This document shows positions 1 through 7,289 of a DNA stretch of 32,000 nucleotides, one piece after another (within the stretch, counting starts at the first letter, position 1; each line of letters starts with the position of its first letter). The stretch spans positions 120,001 through 152,000 of the forward strand of contig NC_014537.1 of assembly GCF_000148385.1 (NCBI RefSeq). Direction: 5' to 3'. A program made the translations under genes and the position numbers. Under the pieces are notes generated by a model, which was given only the letters and a program-made list of their open reading frames with translations, made no database searches and was not told where the DNA came from. Origin of the DNA: Vulcanisaeta distributa DSM 14429 (lineage in GTDB: Archaea; Thermoproteota; Thermoprotei; Thermoproteales; Thermocladiaceae).

Positions 1-1749
1 ATCACCCTGCTTAACGCGGCCCTTAACGCCCTTAGATATTAATGGACTCACAACGGCAATCACATCCTCATAGTGCACATTGGGCCTTATCTTAACAATA
101 CTCATTAAATCAAGCCAACGCCTGATCCTTGGGGTCATGGCCGCTAAACCAATAATGCCCAGAAATAGTGCTGAATAGTATGTCGTGTTTATCAGCAGCC
201 CTATTAACGTGCCTAAATTAAATGGATTTAACTCAGCGTTTTTAATTATCATTAGTGAGTCATTAAGCCAGGTAATGTATGAGCCATTCCACAACGCATA
301 GTAATTAAGCCTATACGGCTTAATACCAATAATCACAATACTAATCACCGTCTCATTACAAGTGCCGCGGCACGTGAGGGACGCCGTAACCCTAAAACTC
401 CTTAACTCATTAATTGCACTTGTGTAATTACCCAAGCCACCGCATGACTCATTAACTATGCCAAGTATCGCACTAACCACCTGCTGTGGCACGGTGGTTC
501 CCTGGTAAATAATTGATGGGTTAAGCACCTGCTCAAGGTCTTGGCAAAAGAGTTCGTGGTTTCTAATAATGCTGTTGATCCAGGACTGTGGGACTATGTT
601 TGTTGGCGTGCCCTGTACCGTTGAGTACGTTATTGAGCAGTTACCCCCTATGGGATTAATGGGCCTTACTAGCACCTGCGATGCGTATGCAATTACCGTA
701 ATATTACCACTACAGGGCGTTGTTACGTTTATGACTGCGTAACCATCATTCACGTTAACCCCAGCATTACCAATGCCATTCCACTCATAATTGAATAAGG
801 CCACTAATGAGTCGCCATTAAATACTGCGATTAACGGTAACCTAATGAACACAGTCCTATTATTAAACCCAGGGCTTATGGCTATTAGGTAATTCACGTT
901 AAACCTCATGAATAGGGCCACCACGCAATTAACCTTGTAAAGTATTGGTTGTATCCTCAACGTGTAAATTGGTAGGGCTATTAAACCCACACCATTGGGT
1001 AGACCAACAACCTCGCTGTATGTAAAACCATAGCCATTAATGCACAGGACCGACGGTACTGACCTACCCAACTCATCAACCACCTCAATATTTATGAAAC
1101 CCACGTTAGTCGGGACAACACTCATCGTGCTAGGCATACTTATTACCGGTGATGAATACGTGGTGTTTATACCCAGGGGTAGCGCAACGCCAAGGATTAG
1201 GTAAATCGCGACTGGGATAGCCACCGTACTCCTAACCCTAGGTATAACAAGGAGGGGTGCCATGTACGGCATGAACAGCCTAAGCACTCCGCCGATGAGC
1301 ACGGCATACTTAGTGAGCCACAACGCAGCAACAAGTGTTGAGAGGACACGAACAACATAATTAATTACCAGAGTTACTAGGTGCTCAATGACATCGATGA
1401 CGAGAATGATCGAGCCGAGGCCCGACCCAGTGACTACATACATTGCGGCCTCGGCTATGGGTAGACCCACGTTAACGACCACCGAAAGGACTGCGTCAGC
1501 CATACCCAATGAGCCTATCAAGCCATTGTAAGCACTCAACAACCCATCGATTGTATTTATCGCAGTGTTGGTTGAGTATAGGCTACTGGGTATTAAGCCG
1601 TAGAAATTAGTGACCAGGGCAAGGGCTATGGCATACCAAACAAGGTCCTCAACATCAACCCTAAACTCCCTACCCCTAATCACGGCATTAAGCGCCCTAA
1701 CCAATAATGAACCAACCATCACAACTACAACGAGAGTCAGACCCAACAT
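1..1749 (-). CDS. large polytopic membrane / surface glycoprotein; N-terminal 583 codons, gene continues past the left window edge
   Basis: Absent from the ORF track because it has no stop in the window. By-eye translation of the reverse frame is open from ATG 1749-1747 down to base 1 (MLGLTLVVVVMVGSLLVRALN...). The first ~200 aa contain several hydrophobic helices, followed by a Cys- and N-x-S/T-rich domain. The architecture resembles the 1444-aa ORF. It shares an LSAYN segment with the neighbouring 134-aa ORF. Confidence 0.65.
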   Translation of the reverse strand, partial: MLGLTLVVVVMVGSLLVRALNAVIRGREFRVDVEDLVWYAIALALVTNFYGLIPSSLYSTNTAINTIDGLLSAYNGLIGSLGMADAVLSVVVNVGLPIAEAAMYVVTGSGLGSIILVIDVIEHLVTLVINYVVRVLSTLVAALWLTKYAVLIGGVLRLFMPYMAPLLVIPRVRSTVAIPVAIYLILGVALPLGINTTYSSPVISMPSTMSVVPTNVGFINIEVVDELGRSVPSVLCINGYGFTYSEVVGLPNGVGLIALPIYTLRIQPILYKVNCVVALFMRFNVNYLIAISPGFNNRTVFIRLPLIAVFNGDSLVALFNYEWNGIGNAGVNVNDGYAVINVTTPCSGNITVIAYASQVLVRPINPIGGNCSITYSTVQGTPTNIVPQSWINSIIRNHELFCQDLEQVLNPSIIYQGTTVPQQVVSAILGIVNESCGGLGNYTSAINELRSFRVTASLTCRGTCNETVISIVIIGIKPYRLNYYALWNGSYITWLNDSLMIIKNAELNPFNLGTLIGLLINTTYYSALFLGIIGLAAMTPRIRRWLDLMSIVKIRPNVHYEDVIAVVSPLISKGVKGRVKQGD

Positions 1750-1755
1750 GCATGG

Positions 1756-2160
1756 TCACGACAACGCAGACCTAATGGCGTAAATTACAGCAAAGAGCAT
1801 AGCATAGAGGATAATGACTATGACATCCGCCTGCGCAATATACACAGCAAGCCTATTGTAGGCACTAAGCACATCGCCAAAGCCACTAACGCTAAGACCC
1901 ACGTTCTGACACCAGGTAGTCTCAAAGCTCCTAGGGTTAATTATCGACTGTATGACCTTATCACTAATCATGGCGCCATAGAAGGGCTGCGAAGCTATTA
2001 CGGCAGCACCACCCACCACAACCACGTAGAGGCCAAGACCCACGGCAACAAACAACGAACCAACACCCCTAAGCCTAGACACGGAAAGACCAAGCCCAAT
2101 CACTATCAACAATGAGGACAGGCCCGGCGTCCACTGGGCCAGGTAAATCATGGGCACCAC
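1756..2160 (-). CDS. small multi-TM membrane protein
   Basis: 134-aa ORF with 3-4 hydrophobic segments. The track start is GTG at 2160; an in-frame ATG at 2151 is an alternative. It ends 6 nt before the next minus-strand start at 1749. Confidence 0.6.
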   Translation of the reverse strand: MVPMIYLAQWTPGLSSLLIVIGLGLSVSRLRGVGSLFVAVGLGLYVVVVGGAAVIASQPFYGAMISDKVIQSIINPRSFETTWCQNVGLSVSGFGDVLSAYNRLAVYIAQADVIVIILYAMLFAVIYAIRSALS

Positions 2161-2243
2161 ATCCTCCGTCGACTCCAGTATTATCGTAGCATTCTCAGTC
2201 TGTACACTCCTAACATCACACCAGGGATACGTGAGGGGGCATG

Positions 2244-3791
2244 CTAATTGCCGCGGCCGCCCCCCTTTATGGGTAGCGTGAGTCTCGTGAGATGCTTAAC
2301 GATTATTTGCTCCTTCCTTTCACTCTTTATCATCCTAAGTTTCTGACATAATACTCTAATTACTTGCACTCTAATATCGTCATATCTCTCAATTAGGCGC
2401 ATTGGTACTACGATCGTCAAATACTTACCACCTTTCTCAGGATAAACGTTTATTTGGCTGACAAACTCATCGCCATAAATACTCTTCAACTTCTCAAGAA
2501 TTTCCTTAACCTCCTTCTCATCTTTGGCGTGGTGTCGTAGTTCAACTGTACCCTCCTTAATCGTTACGCTAAATGCATGATCAGCAATAACAATAATCTG
2601 CATACCTTTTCTAAACTTTGGTTCAAACTCTGCTATCTGCTTTATATTTATCCATGTCTTAACAGCTAAAGCATCAATAACATCCTTTATTATTGATGGC
2701 AGGATACTAATCATTCCCCTAGCAAGCTTAATAGCATGAGAACCATTAAATACCACATTAACCGAATTTCTGTCAGTGCGAGGAACCTTATTCCACGAAA
2801 ATCCAGTACTCTTCAATTTCTCGAGCAATGGCTTCCACATTTTATACTTTTCGGACGACATAACTATTTCTATTACAGGTTTAGCATAGTGACCATTATC
2901 AGCAATAAAAGCGCTTCCATCACCAAGTACGGCGGTAAACAAAATGGCAAGTAGCGCCTCCCTGCTGAGCTTACTAAGCTTTTCAGTGTCCTTTAAGAAG
3001 CCTTTAAGCGATTTATGATCAAGTGACCTTAAGTGCCATGTTACTGTTACATCATACTTATTCACATTAACAGAATGTATATGCATGTGTACCCTGCCAT
3101 AATATATCAACGACCATAACACGGCTTGCCAAGGCTTACTTGTACCCATAACAGGCTTACTCTCATCCACGCTCTCATCCGTCTCTGCGAATCCCACTTT
3201 TAATGGTATAAGTAATTCTCTAATGAACTTCTCATACTCATCTTTACTCATTACTCTCATGAAAATATTGGGTATTTCTATTGTCATGCCTTCAAGGTCC
3301 TTCAACACTAAATGAAGCACTACCCCCTCGGTCTTACTTACATTAAGCAGTATATTCTTACCATAAACACTTAATCCAGACATATTCTCCCAAATAACAA
3401 CCTCTGCCTTACCACCTACTAAATTATCAATGATCTCCTTAACCTCAATACCATTCTCAATCCAGTACTCCCTGAACCTATCAATATAACTAATGAACTC
3501 ATCAAACACGTTAAGAATGCCGTTAACGACATCATCATTATATACGCCCCTTAGTCTCTCATAAACATTCCTCTTCTTCGCTTGCCACTCCATCTTATAT
3601 ATATCAATCCACCACGGCTCCCAAATACGCCACTTAAACATTCTATCAATAGCCTCAGCCAGCAGGCTAACATACCGATTAATTATATCTGAATCGTTAA
3701 CTGTATTACCACAAATATATTTTCTACCGTGTTTAATACCAAAATAGAAGCTATTTCTCTTCAATTTAATGTCAAGGGGCCCCAGGCCCAT
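2244..3791 (-). CDS. hypothetical protein with a LAGLIDADG-like motif (possible homing-endonuclease-derived domain)
   Basis: The track ORF runs to 4130, but its first 113 codons are Gly/Pro-rich read-through of GC-rich structured repeats. I start at ATG 3791 (MGLGPLDIKLK...). The motif LAILFTAVLGDGSAF resembles LAGLIDADG. The gene body is clearly more AT-rich than its neighbours. Confidence 0.6.
   Translation of the reverse strand: MGLGPLDIKLKRNSFYFGIKHGRKYICGNTVNDSDIINRYVSLLAEAIDRMFKWRIWEPWWIDIYKMEWQAKKRNVYERLRGVYNDDVVNGILNVFDEFISYIDRFREYWIENGIEVKEIIDNLVGGKAEVVIWENMSGLSVYGKNILLNVSKTEGVVLHLVLKDLEGMTIEIPNIFMRVMSKDEYEKFIRELLIPLKVGFAETDESVDESKPVMGTSKPWQAVLWSLIYYGRVHMHIHSVNVNKYDVTVTWHLRSLDHKSLKGFLKDTEKLSKLSREALLAILFTAVLGDGSAFIADNGHYAKPVIEIVMSSEKYKMWKPLLEKLKSTGFSWNKVPRTDRNSVNVVFNGSHAIKLARGMISILPSIIKDVIDALAVKTWINIKQIAEFEPKFRKGMQIIVIADHAFSVTIKEGTVELRHHAKDEKEVKEILEKLKSIYGDEFVSQINVYPEKGGKYLTIVVPMRLIERYDDIRVQVIRVLCQKLRMIKSERKEQIIVKHLTRLTLPIKGGGRGN
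2251..2280. repeat. left arm of an imperfect ~30-bp inverted repeat
   Basis: CCGCGGCCGCCCCC(c)tttatGGGTAGCGTG. Its inverted partner is at 5419-5446. Confidence 0.5.
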
Positions 3792-3867
3792 TGCCGCCCC
3801 GCCTACGTTATTATCGATTTCACGCTGCTTAGGTGTCTCAACACCCCCACTCGCTGTGTCCCTAACC

Positions 3868-3978
3868 GCCCCGGCCGCGGGGGCGGTGGAGGATGGCTGG
3901 TTTTGACCCCCACCCAGGCCCACGGGACTGGGGGTTGGGTCCCATGGGGCGGCCCCCTGGGCGGGGGGCTCATTGGAT
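3868..3978 (-). repeat. GC-rich leader repeat, copy E5 (related to the copies at 5449-5507 and 8141-8200)
   Basis: It shares GGGGGCGG..GGTGGA at one end and GGGGnCTCAT at the other with the E1 and E2 copies. An internal imperfect hairpin is gacccccacccag / ctgggggttgggtc. It lies just upstream of the 3791 start. Confidence 0.45.
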
Positions 3979-3996
3979 TGAGGTCTAGTCGTCATC

Positions 3997-4247
3997 CCGA
4001 CCACCTGGGGTCCTACGCCCCGCAGGGCTTTCGTCCCGACAGTGCCTGGTAGGCCTACACGGGACCGACTCAGCCCCTGTCGGCCACCCAGGGTGTCGGG
4101 ACTATAACCCCACGGGGCCATACCACCCACCTAGCCGTGAGCCAAAGTACGGAGAGACAAAGAGGGGTAGGAAGGAAGAAAACAAGCCAGGATGGGTAGG
4201 CGCCCCGTGGGGTAGACCCCACGGGGCGTAGGACCCCAGGTGATCGG
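3997..4247 (-). ncRNA. candidate ~250-nt structured RNA (or structured 5' leader) closed by a 26-bp long-range helix
   Basis: 3997-4022 (ccgaccacctggggtcctacgccccg) is complementary to 4222-4247 (cggggcgtaggaccccaggtgatcgg). The single non-Watson-Crick position is U-G on the minus strand but C-A on the plus strand. Internal helices include GUCCCGACA/UGUCGGGAC and a perfect 12-bp hairpin at 4201-4228. A TATA-like box at 4288-4295 sits upstream in the minus sense. Confidence 0.45.
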
Positions 4248-4287
4248 CCCCACCCCCACGGGGCCCACTACCTCCTATCGTCACACC

Positions 4288-4295
4288 CTTAAATA
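4288..4295 (-). promoter_or_regulatory. TATA-like box (sense TATTTAAG) upstream of the structured RNA
   Basis: Same box family as the gene promoters in this window. The predicted start near 4267 is the beginning of the GC-rich structured segment. Confidence 0.4.
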
Positions 4296-4494
4296 CCCAT
4301 TGCTCCACGGCATTCGATAAAACAATCAAGCATTTGTTTAGTAATTCCCTGGGTTTTGTGTATTATTTTGCTAGGGTGTTGGACAATTCATTAATAACTT
4401 GTTTCGCGTATTAGTAAAACATTATATCACTTATTCCATTTATGAGTTGCATTTTATTCTTTTTAGCCTTGGATTTGCTAAATATTATTGCTTT

Positions 4495-4724
4495 CCCCTG
4501 CCCATCCTCTCCATCCCTCCCGCCGGCCCTGTGGGTTTGGCTCTTGGTGATCCCAAGCCCCCATCGCCATCCCACGGGCGGCACCCCCAGCCTTCGGACT
4601 CCCGGGGCTCATGGAGATCCCAAGCCCCCACAGCCCCCCACACACGCCGGGAGCCCCCCTACAAGGGGAGCCACCGGCCCGCAAGGGAGAATGGGGGAGG
4701 AGGGGGTGGGAGGATGGGCAGGGG
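4495..4724 (-). ncRNA. GC-rich structured element immediately 3' of the 232-aa gene
   Basis: Terminal 15-bp helix: 4495-4509 cccctgcccatcctc pairs with 4710-4724 gaggatgggcagggg. Internal 15-nt direct repeat gatcccaagccccca at 4549-4563 and 4616-4630. It contains the ATGAGCCCC motif (minus sense) shared with E1, E2 and E5. An abrupt 165-bp AT-rich tract follows at 4331-4494. Confidence 0.4.
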
Positions 4725-4733
4725 TTTGAGTGG

Positions 4734-5432
4734 TTAAAGCCAAAGCCACCATGGGTGCTTTGTTAGTTCAATGCTTATGTCGTACTTACGAGCCAATCGT
4801 TGCAGTTCTGCGAGGATTTGACTAAGTTCCATGTTGTAGAGTAGCAGGTCAGTGCAGTCTAATTCTTCGCCCTCGTAAATCACCTTACCCTCCTTACTAC
4901 AATTCTTCAGTAGTAACTCAATCCTAGTAATCTGGGCCAGTAAGTCGCCAATACCTGAGTTAATTAATTTACTAATCACCACATCATTGCTTATTGACGA
5001 TATCCTCCTAACGTTATTCATGACATAGCCAATCACCGCATCATATACTGCATTACTTAAATCCTTGATTAAGCTCTCCCTAACGTCTATCCTTGATAGG
5101 TCGACCTCCTTAATCGCTGACTCAGCAATTTTCTTACCATAAGCCTTAACCAGCGGATGTAAAAGAGACGCAATTGTTATTAATGCGCGGAAATACCACG
5201 TGCGTAAACACCGCTTAATCCTCTTATCATAATGCCGATCAGCTAGGTCGTACCTAAGGCAATCCTTCGTGAAATACCGCTTAACGCTTTTTTCATCATA
5301 ATCCCTCAAACGCTTAAGCAATATGCTTGCAAGCCTAACACTCTCATTCCAAGCATTAACCATACTCATCACCATTACCGTACTTACTACAGACACAACC
5401 AACAACATCACCACCATCCACGCACTACCCAC
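4734..5432 (-). CDS. hypothetical protein with an N-terminal TM helix
   Basis: 232-aa ORF. The track start is GTG at 5432, with an alternative ATG at 5417 (MVVMLLVVSVVSTVMV...). More AT-rich than the surrounding cluster. Confidence 0.55.
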   Translation of the reverse strand: MGSAWMVVMLLVVSVVSTVMVMSMVNAWNESVRLASILLKRLRDYDEKSVKRYFTKDCLRYDLADRHYDKRIKRCLRTWYFRALITIASLLHPLVKAYGKKIAESAIKEVDLSRIDVRESLIKDLSNAVYDAVIGYVMNNVRRISSISNDVVISKLINSGIGDLLAQITRIELLLKNCSKEGKVIYEGEELDCTDLLLYNMELSQILAELQRLARKYDISIELTKHPWWLWL

Positions 5433-5446
5433 GGGGGCGGCCGCGG
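5419..5446. repeat. right arm of an imperfect ~30-bp inverted repeat
   Basis: The reverse complement reads CCGCGGCCGCCCCCgtGGGTAGtGCGTG. The 14-nt core is identical to 2251-2264, and the GGGTAG..CGTG tail is also shared. Confidence 0.5.
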
Positions 5447-5448
5447 TG

Positions 5449-5507
5449 GATCATCCCCAACCCTCCGCCCGGGCTGTTCCCGGGTGGTTTGGTTGGGGAC
5501 TCATTGC
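5449..5507 (-). repeat. GC-rich hairpin leader repeat, copy E1
   Basis: Hairpin CCCCAACC-CT-CCGCCCGGG-ctgtt-CCCGGGTGG-TTT-GGTTGGGG (5455-5498). About 80% identical to 8141-8200. It lies between a TATA box (5531-5538) and the 232-aa gene start. Confidence 0.6.
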
Positions 5508-5530
5508 CTTTAATCAACTGGGTGGCTGAG

Positions 5531-5538
5531 TTAATAAG
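5531..5538 (-). promoter_or_regulatory. TATA box (sense CTTATTAA, preceded by GGCCGC) for the 232-aa gene
   Basis: Matches the local promoter consensus. It predicts an ~80-95 nt leader containing hairpin E1. Confidence 0.4.
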
Positions 5539-5594
5539 GCGGCCTTAGCGCTTGGGGCGATGCCTTTATTAACCCCGGCCAAGCCTTAGTCAGT

Positions 5595-5698
5595 GGCTGG
5601 GCGGGGGTGGTCCGCCCGGGTCAGCACGTCGTCTCTTCTTCAGAGTTCTGCTCGTGCCGTGAACATCAGGCCCGGGCTAACCCACCCCCAACCCAGCC
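5595..5698 (-). ncRNA. C/D box sRNA (core 5621-5669) embedded in a ~22-bp GC clamp
   Basis: The minus strand reads C box cUGAUGU, 12 nt UCACGGCACGAG, D' CAGA, 4 nt, C' UGAAGA, 12 nt AGAGACGACGUG, D box CUGA. This is the canonical archaeal 12-nt guide spacing. The flanks 5595-5620 and 5671-5698 pair with each other (GGCTGGG/CCCAGCC, GGGGGTGG/CCACCCCC, GCCCGGG/CCCGGGC). The D' guide is complementary to CUCGUGCCGUGA, which I recall as a conserved archaeal 16S rRNA segment. Confidence 0.6.
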
Positions 5699-5780
5699 CC
5701 CACCCAAGGCCAGGCCGGGGGGTGGTCAACCCGGGCTTGGCGGCGATGCATTTATTAAGCCCCAAACCAACTGAGCCCTA

Positions 5781-5878
5781 GGGGCCGGGGTGGGTCGGCC
5801 CGGGAAACAGCTGCGAAGCCGCTCATCAACGACAGCTTGTGCCCCATCATCAAGCCCCCGGGCTTCATCCCCACCCCA
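5781..5878 (-). ncRNA. second C/D-box-like unit (core 5807-5853) with atypical CUGU D and D' boxes, in a GC clamp
   Basis: The minus strand reads uUGAUGA, 11 nt UGGGGCACAAG, CUGU, 3 nt, UGAUGA, 12 nt GCGGCUUCGCAG, CUGU. The flanking stem is GGGGTGGG..GCCCGGG / CCCGGGC..CCCCACCCC. It is a tandem paralogue of the 5595-5698 unit, including the shared flank cttggNgcgatgcMtttattaa. Confidence 0.4.
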
Positions 5879-5908
5879 AGCCAACCCCACCCAGTTGGTT
5901 GGGGCGGG

Positions 5909-7285
5909 TTAGCCCGGGTTTTGTTGCTTGGTGCATTGGATTCCGTAGTTCGTTAATTCAGCGCAGTACCGCCTAAACCTCCTGTCGAATAGCACGACGT
6001 CGATAACCTCATTGGGCATTAACCTGCCTATTGCCTGTACGGTCTTCATGACCACTAGGTCGGTGCTCCTTAAGCCCCTCGCCTCAAGCCTCCTCATTAC
6101 ATTGCTTGGTAGTAGGGGGAGTGTGAGGAGTACGGCCCTCCTATAGCAGTTGAGCCTAACACCCTCGGCGAACCTACCGAAGAACCTCAGGACGAGGTTC
6201 CTCCTGCATACATCCTCCCTCCTAACCTCATCCTCATAAACCGCATTCTCGATCAAGACCTCCTTACTACTCGTAGTGAAAATCACCGTCAAAGCACCAT
6301 CACTCAACAAGTCATTGACTTGCCTAGCGACTTCACTCTTAAGTCTCTCTACATTCTCTGTGGTCATGACCACACTCCCTAACCTAGCCCTAACTAATTG
6401 GCTAGGCTCTACCCTAACAACAGGTATTGAGGTTAGTATTGATGGTGGTAGGGTTGCCGACATCAAGAGCACCCTCTTATTGCTCGGCAACTCCAACCCC
6501 TCAAACCTAACACCCACCAGTGCGTCGCTGTCCTGGTCGTAGTATGTAATTGATGACTCAATGAATGCCACCAGGTCATCCATACTAACTATTTCATTGA
6601 CCTCACCATCCATCGCCATTGCAGGTAAGAGCTCACTCAAAACACCCCTAACAAGCTCCGCGCTCCTAACATCCAAGTCCTCAACCCCAAGCCTACCGAG
6701 GAGTAGCTCAACACCCCTCCTGGAAAGGCTGACGAGCTTTGGAATAACTGCATTATGCGCTTCATCAATGATTACACCGCCTACTTTCCCAGCGTACTTC
6801 CCCAGCCTGCTGTAGTTCATAAGCACGACGATGTCATCATACCTACCCAGTAACTCCCTGATCAGCGCCTCCTGGACGTTGTACGGGCATAACCGGCCCT
6901 GCTCAGCCAAATCCCTAACCTCGGCGTAGTCCGAGGCGTTGATTAACGCCTTGACCAGGGGAACCGGCTTATTGAGTTGGCAGAACCCACAGGGCCTCCT
7001 AACAACAAAGTCACTGTGCCTAAAGCCCCTGGTACAAAGCCTCTCCCTACCAGTCGATAGGAAGTGCCTAACGCCGAACTCACCCAAGGCCCTACTCGCC
7101 TGGGCCAGGGCGTTGATTAGGCTTGATGCCCAGACCCACTTACCGCCCAACTGCCTTATTACGTATGATGCCACGTAGCTCTTACCCCAACCGGTTGGGG
7201 CTTGAAGACCAACAATACCCCTCTCCCTAAGTAGAGCCAGTAATTTATTCGCCACATCCAATTGATCACTCCTCAGGTTAGCCAT
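5909..7285 (-). CDS. XPD/Rad3/DinG-family superfamily-2 helicase with a 4Fe-4S Cys cluster (compact, 458 aa)
   Basis: Motif I LQAPTGWGKS and motif II VIIDEAHN. Four Cys arranged C-x16-C-x2-C-x~33-CPY between motifs I and II, as in XPD FeS domains. Also LLMSATLPP, FAEGVRL...LPLLP and QAIGRL...LFDRRF. Confidence 0.8.
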   Translation of the reverse strand: MANLRSDQLDVANKLLALLRERGIVGLQAPTGWGKSYVASYVIRQLGGKWVWASSLINALAQASRALGEFGVRHFLSTGRERLCTRGFRHSDFVVRRPCGFCQLNKPVPLVKALINASDYAEVRDLAEQGRLCPYNVQEALIRELLGRYDDIVVLMNYSRLGKYAGKVGGVIIDEAHNAVIPKLVSLSRRGVELLLGRLGVEDLDVRSAELVRGVLSELLPAMAMDGEVNEIVSMDDLVAFIESSITYYDQDSDALVGVRFEGLELPSNKRVLLMSATLPPSILTSIPVVRVEPSQLVRARLGSVVMTTENVERLKSEVARQVNDLLSDGALTVIFTTSSKEVLIENAVYEDEVRREDVCRRNLVLRFFGRFAEGVRLNCYRRAVLLTLPLLPSNVMRRLEARGLRSTDLVVMKTVQAIGRLMPNEVIDVVLFDRRFRRYCAELTNYGIQCTKQQNPG

Positions 7286-7289
7286 ACAA

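Noticed and set aside
3792-4130. N-terminal 113 codons of the 628-aa track ORF (Gly/Pro/Ala-rich)
   Set aside because: This is open frame by virtue of very high GC. It coincides with structured repeats that recur in non-coding positions elsewhere (5449-5507, 8141-8200). A good ATG at 3791 starts the normal-composition part.
3997-4247. Possibility that the structured RNA is SRP (7S) RNA, RNase P RNA, or an rRNA or tRNA fragment or intron
   Set aside because: I could not find the helix-8 GGAA/AGCA motif of SRP RNA; only a loose GGAAGGAAGAAAACAAGCC occurs on the plus strand. The RNase P CR-I and CR-V strings, 16S/23S landmark sequences and a cloverleaf are also absent. The element is left as unclassified.
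5625-5636. Second guide of C/D unit 1 (AGAGACGACGUG) also targeting the 16S GUCGUC/GCCGUCAG region next to the D' target
   Set aside because: Only about 6 contiguous matches to the crenarchaeal 16S sequence as I remember it. The target of this guide is left open.
4399-5781. Pro/Gly/Arg-rich ORFs on both strands (4399..4737, 4442..4729, 4478..4684, 5323..5529, 5593..5781)
   Set aside because: Low-complexity translations of GC-rich hairpin and sRNA sequences. They overlap each other in several frames and have no plausible promoters or starts.
5879-5908. Apparent hairpin after the helicase stop (ccaacccc...ggttgggg)
   Set aside because: On checking, CCAACCCC and GGTTGGGG are not reverse complements. 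Only a weak 5-bp stem (CCAAC/GTTGG) remains.
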